Part shown: piece by piece, positions 54,326 to 61,955 of the stretch
Position numbering within the stretch: the first letter of the stretch is position 1
Layout of the letters: every line of letters begins with the position of its first letter
Sequence record: LC727698.1
Strand: one strand, 5' to 3'
Length of the DNA: 64,000 nucleotides
The notes under the pieces: model-generated
The model's database searches: none
What the model saw: the letters and a program-made list of their open reading frames with translations, nothing else
Told to the model about the DNA's origin: nothing
Position numbers and translations under genes: made by a program

Positions 54326-56299
54326 ATGATTTTATCTATACCTAATAAAGTAATTCAACTGAATATACAATCGGCAGTTGGTAAAGATTATTGGCCGTAC
54401 AATCAAGGCGACGAATTCTGGGAAAACGGAAGTTCTCCCAGATTTTATACATGGATTATATCTGCAACCGTTATTCCGCAGTTTCATAGTTACGAAAATA
54501 CAAGAGAACCATATACATATAACGGTTTAGATTTAAATGTAGGGGATTGGATATCTAACACCGATATACCGCAAGCTTTTGAAATTATTTCTATAACTGA
54601 AAAAACAGAAACGTCATTAGTTGCAGTAATTAGAGATACATTTAGGTATAATACATTTTCTGCAATTTCACAAGATGGATTAATAAGTCCCCAATTAGGT
54701 AATAATATATTATTCACTCTTAGTGTAGATGGAATGCCATTATTAGATCCATTGCCAGCGTCTATAAACAAATATGGTTTTGTTTCATCGTTAGATAGTA
54801 GATTTAGAAAAGAAAAGAAAAATGAAATATTACAATTATACAAAGAAAATAACGGATTTATAAAAGGCGATATATTATCTTTAGATCCCGCTGCGGGATA
54901 CATCTTATCAGACAATAACATTACTCATAAAATTTTAGGGACAGTATACAGTTCGGGTCCGGGACCAAATGATTTCATAGTTTCTCCTGTAAATGTTTTT
55001 AGTAAAAACTATCAAGCATCTGTATTAGGCCAAATCGGTGACACTTTATATATTTCTGATACAGATCCCGGAAGGTTAACTACTGAAAATACAGGTGTTC
55101 CTGCATATGTAAAAATAACAAATGCAATACAAGGAACATCTATTACAACAAAAAGCACAGATAATATGACAATTGTTGTAGGAAACACATTTTCTCTAAA
55201 TAATTCTAACATAGTTATACCTTCTACTAATATTCAAGATCTCGTAAATAGAATTAATACATTTACCATTGATACAGGAATAGAAAGCTCTTTGCAGTTG
55301 GCGCCTACCAGTTGTGTGTCAAATACAGCTGACATGGCATTCGGTGGTATATTTGTTGGTATAACTCCGCCGGGCTCTGCAAAAATAAACAATGTTGAAA
55401 TAATATTCAATAGCGACACTGCTAGCCCAGGTCAATGGGGTGAAGCAAATGATGTTGCTATAGCTATTAATAATGCAAACATACCTGGCATAGTAGCAAT
55501 AGCAGAGAATGGGCAAGTTACATTAACTAATACGTTAGGAACAGAGATAGTTATAGAAAATATAAGTAATGAAAGTTTTGGTTCTCCTATAGCAGGTCCA
55601 AATTCTGCAACCGGCTTGCCGTTATACACACCTGCTGCAACTAACAGTTTTATGAAATTTGTTAGTTTAACGGGCACCGGAATTATATTTAAAAATATAT
55701 TAGGAAATCCAATAGACGAACTCGGTTTACTATCTAACGAAAATGGAATGCCTGCATATGTTATGTCAGTTGCCAACGGCATAAGAACGGCAGACACGTA
55801 TGTAGTAGCAAATATATCTGCAAGAGATGCATTAACTCCGTTAACGGGCGATCAAGCATATGTAATTGACGGAATGTTACCGAACGGATCCAAGGCAGGT
55901 GAATGGGCACTATATTTATGGAACGGAAATAGTTGGATAAAAACAGCCGATGAAGATTCTGCAAAAACAGATGCAAGTTCTATAGAACTAGAAATACAGT
56001 ATAATTCCTCAGAAGCTGTTACTATAGGAAAAATGAGTAATAATTCTAAAGTTACGCAAATATCTATTACTGTAGAAGAAATATTCAGTAACGAAAATGC
56101 AACATTGTCCATAGGAACAGATATTAATAACACAGACATATTAATGAGTTCTGATTTTATAGATTTAACTGTAGAAGACACTTATTTTATAACACCTAAT
56201 GTATATTTCGATTCTGGAACCGATACAGAAATTGTAGCTTATTTGGATAGTAACGGTTCTACTACCGGACGAGTAAAGATAATTGTATCATACACATAA
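54326..56299 (+). CDS. virion structural protein
   Basis: VA.I.ARDAL...YV.D...W..Y.W module; beta-rich C-terminal domain. Confidence 0.65.
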   Translation: MILSIPNKVIQLNIQSAVGKDYWPYNQGDEFWENGSSPRFYTWIISATVIPQFHSYENTREPYTYNGLDLNVGDWISNTDIPQAFEIISITEKTETSLVAVIRDTFRYNTFSAISQDGLISPQLGNNILFTLSVDGMPLLDPLPASINKYGFVSSLDSRFRKEKKNEILQLYKENNGFIKGDILSLDPAAGYILSDNNITHKILGTVYSSGPGPNDFIVSPVNVFSKNYQASVLGQIGDTLYISDTDPGRLTTENTGVPAYVKITNAIQGTSITTKSTDNMTIVVGNTFSLNNSNIVIPSTNIQDLVNRINTFTIDTGIESSLQLAPTSCVSNTADMAFGGIFVGITPPGSAKINNVEIIFNSDTASPGQWGEANDVAIAINNANIPGIVAIAENGQVTLTNTLGTEIVIENISNESFGSPIAGPNSATGLPLYTPAATNSFMKFVSLTGTGIIFKNILGNPIDELGLLSNENGMPAYVMSVANGIRTADTYVVANISARDALTPLTGDQAYVIDGMLPNGSKAGEWALYLWNGNSWIKTADEDSAKTDASSIELEIQYNSSEAVTIGKMSNNSKVTQISITVEEIFSNENATLSIGTDINNTDILMSSDFIDLTVEDTYFITPNVYFDSGTDTEIVAYLDSNGSTTGRVKIIVSYT

Positions 56300-56336
56300 G
56301 ACAGGTAAATATCTTTATTAACACGGATTGTATAAA

Positions 56337-56972
56337 ATGATAAAAAGTTTTCTTCTTAGTGCTGTATCTAATGTTTTACAGTTTGGAAAAAAAGGTGGAA
56401 AAATAACATATACGCCTGAAACATCTAGTTTTAAAGTAGAAACGGATAGCAATGTATTATGTCCGATTGCCGTAGGAACGGCAACTGCATCTACACATGC
56501 CGTTCCTAAAAGTTATGTAGATGGAAGAACTACAAAGTACACAATGCAAGCTGACAAAACAGTTTCTGGTTCTACATTAAGTGCAATAACAGAATTTACT
56601 AGTATATCATTAGAAGCAAATACAACATATTCATACACGTTATTATTGTTATATTCTTCCAATAATACTGCTGCTGGTATAAAATATCAATTAATGACAA
56701 ATGGATCATTGACCAGATCTTTTTCTAGTGTAGAAAATGCAAAAACAGGAACAGCATCAACACTTGTAAACGGTTTTGTTTTAGGAGCAAGTGCAACTAT
56801 TACAGTAACTACGGTTGCTATTGCAAATAACTTGTATAATGTTTGGGTTCAAGGTTTTATAGAAAATTCCGGAGGATCACCAGACACACTAACTATATCT
56901 CTTGCTTCGTCATCGTCCGGCGCGTCGTGTTCTGCATACGCAGGTTCCCAGTTAGTTATGACTAGATTATAA
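56337..56972 (+). CDS. virion structural protein
   Basis: N-terminus KSF.LS.V...LQFGKKGGKI is homologous to that of 57039. Confidence 0.6.
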   Translation: MIKSFLLSAVSNVLQFGKKGGKITYTPETSSFKVETDSNVLCPIAVGTATASTHAVPKSYVDGRTTKYTMQADKTVSGSTLSAITEFTSISLEANTTYSYTLLLLYSSNNTAAGIKYQLMTNGSLTRSFSSVENAKTGTASTLVNGFVLGASATITVTTVAIANNLYNVWVQGFIENSGGSPDTLTISLASSSSGASCSAYAGSQLVMTRL

Positions 56973-56995
56973 TCTTAGCAAGTAAAAATACAAAA

Positions 56996-57015
56996 ATACC
57001 GATAAATATCGGTAT
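56996..57015 (+). promoter_or_regulatory. late promoter (GATAAATA, 57001-57008) inside a palindrome
   Basis: ATACCGATA-aa-TATCGGTAT. Confidence 0.6.
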
Positions 57016-57038
57016 AATATATCGAAGGACTAATAACA

Positions 57039-59723
57039 ATGGCTATTAAAAATTTTAGCATAAGTGGCATCGGACGCGATGTCCAGCTAGGCAAAAAAGG
57101 CGGACGCCTTTCTTTTACAAGCGGTGTATTTGCATTCACTAGTGACCTGGGCGGTACTAACTATGCACCTGTTATAGGCGGAACACCCCTACAACCAGAA
57201 CATTTAGCAACTAAAGCATATGTAGATTCTATAAGCGGCGGAATAAAACCACTCCAAAGTGTTTCGGTTTCTACACAACAGTCATATACTGTAGACGGTA
57301 ATAATACTAATCCAGGAACGGGTGCAACTTGGGCTGCCGGTGTATTTAGTGATTTCCCCAGAACAGTAGACGGACATGTACTGGAAATGGGAAGTCGTGT
57401 TTTAGTTAGACTAGAAGGTATAACTATAACAGGTGACACACCTACTGTCAACGATGCTGGCGCAGCTAGAAACGGTATTTATATTGTTACTAACGTAGAC
57501 ACGGAAAACAATACAGTTACATTAGACAGGGCACCAGATTCGGACGAAGATAATGAGTTTATATTTGGCTCATATGTTCTTGTAGAAAACGGTACTTCTG
57601 CAGGCGACGGTTATACTTTAACTGCACAATACGGTGGTTCAGAAGTTACTCCTCCCAACCAGATGAACGTTGATCCGCAATTCTGGGTAAAATACACTTC
57701 TGCAGGCGCAACATATACTGCAGGCGCTGGCCTAGCGTTGTCGGATAATGAATTTTCGTTAAGTATTCCTACTTTATCGGATTTTACAGGCACTGCTGCT
57801 GATACATTATCTCTAGCAGTATCTAACGGTACAACTAATAATAAATTAACAGTAAATAAATTATTTACTGATTTAGGAGTTGTTACTGCGTTAGGACAAA
57901 CCGATGGTGTTATAGTAAAATCTGGTTCTAGCTATGTAAGCAGAACTATAGTTGCAGATACTACCGGCAATAAACTAGGTATTGCTGTATCTAATACAGA
58001 CGGTTCTGCAGGAAATATAACAGTAGGGTTAGATGTAAATGGATTGACTGCCGTTTCCTCTGCACTAAACGATACTGATGTCCTCCCAATATACGATGGA
58101 ACTAGTAACAAAAAGGTTTCTATAAGCCAATTAGCTGCCGAATTTACATCTGGTTTTTCTTCTAATAGTATTTCTCAATTAGACAGTTCTGTTGTAGTAA
58201 CAGACACAGGATCTAACGGTACAATTACCTTTACTGCTGATAATACTGCTGTTGCTACTATTACTTCTGCAGGTCTTACTTCGTCTAATTTAACTGCAAG
58301 TAACTTAACTAGCGGAAGAATAGTACTGGCAGGAACTTCCGGTCATTTAGAAGATAACTCTGCTCTTACTTTTTCTGCAGGTATACTGAATGTAGGATCA
58401 CTGACTGTAGATAGTGCTACTAGTACAATTTCTACAACAGAAACAAACGGAAACATAATTATTGCGCCAAACGGTACAGGCGAAGTAGTAATACAAGGCA
58501 ATGGTAATGCAGAAATAAGTGCAGAACTAGGTGAACAACTAAGTCTACGCGGTGACGGTGTTATTATAGGAAACACTGCAAACACAGTAGACTATATTAC
58601 TGCAACAGAAACTAATACTATATTCTATTCTACATTAGCAAATAATATAGCTATTGCCGGTGCTGCTGCGAGTTCAAACCCGTCTATTACTGCATTAGGT
58701 TCAGATACAAACTTAGGCCTAAACTTAGGAGTAAAAGGCACAGGAAAAATTGTTGTTACCGGCGTAACTGCATCTGCATATTCTTCTGGTTTAACTGACG
58801 CATCGTTAGTTAACAAACTATATGTAGATACTGCTGTTTCGAGTGCTTCTAGCAACATAACAGCACTACAAACAGAAGTAAATGCCATAGAGACATCTGT
58901 GGGATTAAACACTGACGGAACTCTTTCTGCATATACCGGAACAAACTATTTAGACTCTGCAATTAGTATAAGACAGGCTACTACTTTACTTGACGCACAA
59001 GTAAAAACTAATGCAGACGATATATTAGATAAAGCAGATCAAACCGAAGTAGATGCCATAGAGACTGCTGTTGGCTTAGGAACAGATGGCACACTAGCAC
59101 CTTATACTGGAACAAATTATTTAAATTCTGCAACTAGTATAAAACAAGCAACTATTTTGCTAGATACACAAATAAAGTCCAACGAAGACGATATAGCACT
59201 AAAAGCCAACCAAACAGAAGTAGATGCTATAGAAACAGGCGCTGGGCTCAATACAGACGGTACTTATACTGCCGATGCAACTACTAACTATATAACTACT
59301 GCTACAAGTTTAGCTAATGCAGACAAGTTATTAGATGCACAAATTAAAATTAATACCGATGCTATTGCACAATTGGGTTCTGCTGCAGGTTCGGTTCGTA
59401 CTGTAACATTAGAAAATATTCCATTTGATACTGATAGTTCGACTCCTATAATAGAAGGCACCGATCTACCTGCAAACGGCATTATTATCAATAGTATAAT
59501 ATTTAAAGTAAATACTGCTGCTGATACTGCTGCCTGGGCTACTGTAACTCATAACTCAGTTACACTAGCATCAGACACAACTAATGATCCGGAGGTAGCT
59601 GGATTATATCAAGTGGACGTGTTCTCTAATTCGGTCGCCGGACAAGATATTACTCTAACTATAGCTGCACATGGCGCAAGTACAGGTACTGTTACTGTAT
59701 TACTCCAATATACAATTCTATAA
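57039..59723 (+). CDS. tail/head fibre-like structural protein (894 aa)
   Basis: HLATKAYVD, RVLV...Q/E...NGIY, YTAG.GL motifs typical of fibres. Confidence 0.75.
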   Translation: MAIKNFSISGIGRDVQLGKKGGRLSFTSGVFAFTSDLGGTNYAPVIGGTPLQPEHLATKAYVDSISGGIKPLQSVSVSTQQSYTVDGNNTNPGTGATWAAGVFSDFPRTVDGHVLEMGSRVLVRLEGITITGDTPTVNDAGAARNGIYIVTNVDTENNTVTLDRAPDSDEDNEFIFGSYVLVENGTSAGDGYTLTAQYGGSEVTPPNQMNVDPQFWVKYTSAGATYTAGAGLALSDNEFSLSIPTLSDFTGTAADTLSLAVSNGTTNNKLTVNKLFTDLGVVTALGQTDGVIVKSGSSYVSRTIVADTTGNKLGIAVSNTDGSAGNITVGLDVNGLTAVSSALNDTDVLPIYDGTSNKKVSISQLAAEFTSGFSSNSISQLDSSVVVTDTGSNGTITFTADNTAVATITSAGLTSSNLTASNLTSGRIVLAGTSGHLEDNSALTFSAGILNVGSLTVDSATSTISTTETNGNIIIAPNGTGEVVIQGNGNAEISAELGEQLSLRGDGVIIGNTANTVDYITATETNTIFYSTLANNIAIAGAAASSNPSITALGSDTNLGLNLGVKGTGKIVVTGVTASAYSSGLTDASLVNKLYVDTAVSSASSNITALQTEVNAIETSVGLNTDGTLSAYTGTNYLDSAISIRQATTLLDAQVKTNADDILDKADQTEVDAIETAVGLGTDGTLAPYTGTNYLNSATSIKQATILLDTQIKSNEDDIALKANQTEVDAIETGAGLNTDGTYTADATTNYITTATSLANADKLLDAQIKINTDAIAQLGSAAGSVRTVTLENIPFDTDSSTPIIEGTDLPANGIIINSIIFKVNTAADTAAWATVTHNSVTLASDTTNDPEVAGLYQVDVFSNSVAGQDITLTIAAHGASTGTVTVLLQYTIL
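58869..59381 (+). repeat. three tandem 171-nt (57-aa) repeats
   Basis: QTEV(N/D)AIET..GL.TDGT...NY starting at 58869, 59040 and 59211. Confidence 0.85.
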
Positions 59724-59735
59724 GTTGTTTTAAAT

Positions 59736-59765
59736 TAAATAAAGGGCCCTAGGGCCCTTTATTTA
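59736..59765. terminator. 30-bp perfect palindrome, bidirectional terminator
   Basis: TAAATAAAGGGCCCT|AGGGCCCTTTATTTA. Confidence 0.85.
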
Positions 59766-59801
59766 TGTATAAACAGAGCAGATCACAAAACACAATAAAC
59801 T

Positions 59802-59809
59802 CATAAATA
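59802..59809 (+). promoter_or_regulatory. late promoter (CATAAATA) of the holin-like gene
   Basis: Intergenic, about 75-90 nt upstream of the starts. Confidence 0.6.
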
Positions 59810-59881
59810 CTTTCGTATAGTAAAATACTATGCACAGGAGTTCCTGCTCGGAGTAGAGGCTCCAGAGCATGGGGTTCTTTC

Positions 59882-60223
59882 GTGAGGAAACAAAAAATGT
59901 CAGAGAACACTAAACCCCTAACTTCGGACAAAATGCTTAATTGGAAACCGCTGGCGGCATTAGTCTATTTGTTTATCTGCGTTATGGATTTTGTTGTTAT
60001 GCCGGTCCTAGTCCATCAATACAACAAAGAAATGTTATCTAAAATTTCTAACTTATCTGAGCAAAATCTTGTTTTAGAAAAAACAGAAGTTTTAAAATTA
60101 CAGAAATGGGAACCATTAACATTACAAAACGCAGGGTTGTTTCATATTGCATTTGGCACTATAATAACAGGTGCGGCAGTGTTTGGCGAAATTAGACAAC
60201 GTACCAAATCATCTGGCTCTTAA
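59882..60223 (+). CDS. holin-like membrane protein; alternative starts GTG 59882 and ATG 59897
   Basis: Two hydrophobic helices (WKPLAALVYLFICVMDFVVMP; LFHIAFGTIITGAAVFG), basic C-terminus, own late promoter. Confidence 0.55.
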   Translation: MRKQKMSENTKPLTSDKMLNWKPLAALVYLFICVMDFVVMPVLVHQYNKEMLSKISNLSEQNLVLEKTEVLKLQKWEPLTLQNAGLFHIAFGTIITGAAVFGEIRQRTKSSGS

Positions 60224-60279
60224 AATGAATAATACATACACAGTTTTAACCATTCGGGGTTTTGGTAGAACTTAAATAG

Positions 60280-60334
60280 AATACCCAAGCCCAGACCAGG
60301 CTTAAGTATTTTTAATTAATAGCTGACAGTCACA
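60280..60334 (-). ncRNA. candidate minus-strand small/antisense RNA
   Basis: Downstream of a minus-strand sigma70 promoter; 12-bp hairpin fully paired only on the minus strand (two G-U); no SD-led ORF. Confidence 0.4.
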
Positions 60335-60340
60335 CATAAC

Positions 60341-60369
60341 ATTGTATCACATATAGCTACTTGGTGCAA
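60341..60369 (-). promoter_or_regulatory. sigma70 promoter pointing into the holin-like gene
   Basis: Reverse complement: TTGCAC-17-TACAAT with TGn extension. Confidence 0.65.
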
Positions 60370-60390
60370 GAATACAAGTCGGAATTTGTT

Positions 60391-60418
60391 AGCTGACCCG
60401 TTTGGGTCAGCTCTTTGA
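60391..60418 (+). terminator. hairpin/terminator closing the holin 3' UTR
   Basis: AGCTGACCC-gttt-GGGTCAGCT then ctttga. Confidence 0.6.
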
Positions 60419-60430
60419 TTGGATTAGACA

Positions 60431-61003
60431 ATGAGCATACTTACCTCTATATTAAATAATACTTTAAATTCAGTAGTGTTTGTTTATGGTAGAATGAATC
60501 CCCCTACAATAGGGCACGGAAAAGTTATATCAGAAATGCTAAAGATAGCAAAAGAATATAATGCTGCGCATTGTGTGTTTTTGTCTCACTCTTCTGGAAA
60601 TAAAAAAAATCCATTACTTTGGGAAGAAAAAGTATCATATATGAAAATGTTTTTTCCTGGGGTAAATATTAACGAATCTAAAATAAATAATCCGTTTTCT
60701 GCATTAGATTTACTTTCGAAAAAATATAAACACGTAACCTTTATTGCAGGAAGTGATAGATTAGAAGATTACAAGAGAAATATGCCTGCATATGCAAAAA
60801 GTATAGGCATAGAATTAGATATAATATCGTCTGGTAATAGACTAGAAGAGAGTACTTCTATAGAAGGTGTAAGTGCATCTAAAGCAAGAAAATTAGTCTT
60901 AGAAAACAACTTTGAACTATTTTCTGAATTAATACCATCCAACGATATTGCAGAAAAAAGAAATTTATTTTTGCTGCTTCAAACTAGATTAATGGATAAT
61001 TAA
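60431..61003 (+). CDS. HIGH-superfamily cytidyltransferase-like nucleotidyltransferase
   Basis: GRMNPPTIGH, KNPL....K, AGSDR, SAS..R. Confidence 0.85.
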   Translation: MSILTSILNNTLNSVVFVYGRMNPPTIGHGKVISEMLKIAKEYNAAHCVFLSHSSGNKKNPLLWEEKVSYMKMFFPGVNINESKINNPFSALDLLSKKYKHVTFIAGSDRLEDYKRNMPAYAKSIGIELDIISSGNRLEESTSIEGVSASKARKLVLENNFELFSELIPSNDIAEKRNLFLLLQTRLMDN

Positions 61004-61005
61004 AT

Positions 61006-61953
61006 ATGTTGAAAATAAAAGGAAGTCCATCCGTAGGCAAAATATCAGCAACAATTAATAGACCGTTTTTAACTAAAACCTTAGTTACTACGATGCCACA
61101 AAACATTGCAAATTTTACTGCAGGATATGGTGGCGGAATGTTGCATATATTCGGAGGCGAAGCTGTTCCTAGTGTAGGCCAAATACAAATATATAGACGA
61201 TACAATATAGCAACTAATACTTGGTTAAGTCCTAGCGGAAACATAGGAGCCTGGGCATGGGGAGGAGGCGGATATTACAATGGAAGTTTTTGGGCGCTGT
61301 GCGGTTCTAACAATGGATATAATACTTCGTATTTTCAGATAAACCCTTCCACTGCAACAGGTACACGATATACAGATATGGCCGGCGGTTCTAGAGGACA
61401 AGGAAGAACCGCATCAGTAGATAATCTAAACGTATTTGTTATAGGGGGTATTGGGCAAAATAATATAACAAATGCATTGTGTTATAGATTTAATGCTAGT
61501 ACAAGAGCGTGGACAGTAAGAACAAGTATGCCATCGCCAAGAAATGGTCATACCATAGGATCGTATAACGGGAAAATATATGTACTAGGAGGTTGGAACG
61601 AAACATCAAACAATCTTTCAGACGTTCTAGAATACAACATATCTACTAATACGTGGACAACTTTACCTACTACAATACCGGGAGCACCTTCTAGCTGGTT
61701 CGGCGGGTTTGTATATAAACAATATGCTGTATACGGCGCGTCATCTTCTTCTAATACGCTTTTATTTAAAATATTAGATTTAAATAAAATGACATGGGAA
61801 ATTTTAGATACCGGGTTGCCACGCCGCTGGTCAGCAGAATATGTAGTTACAGAAACCGGTGTATATATGATAGGCGGTAGTAGTTCTTATCCCGGTGCGT
61901 CCAACTATTTTACTGCCCCTAGATATAACGAAATATATTTCTTCAAAGGTTAA
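61006..61953 (+). CDS. Kelch-repeat beta-propeller protein
   Basis: About six blades with hh-GG...Y......W (IFGG, LCGS, VIGG, VLGG, VYGA, MIGG). Confidence 0.85.
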   Translation: MLKIKGSPSVGKISATINRPFLTKTLVTTMPQNIANFTAGYGGGMLHIFGGEAVPSVGQIQIYRRYNIATNTWLSPSGNIGAWAWGGGGYYNGSFWALCGSNNGYNTSYFQINPSTATGTRYTDMAGGSRGQGRTASVDNLNVFVIGGIGQNNITNALCYRFNASTRAWTVRTSMPSPRNGHTIGSYNGKIYVLGGWNETSNNLSDVLEYNISTNTWTTLPTTIPGAPSSWFGGFVYKQYAVYGASSSSNTLLFKILDLNKMTWEILDTGLPRRWSAEYVVTETGVYMIGGSSSYPGASNYFTAPRYNEIYFFKG

Positions 61954-61955
61954 AC

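Noticed and set aside
60320-60412. Mini-CRISPR array (TAGCTGAC repeated 70 nt apart)
   Set aside because: Only 8 nt of identity and two copies, with no leader or cas genes
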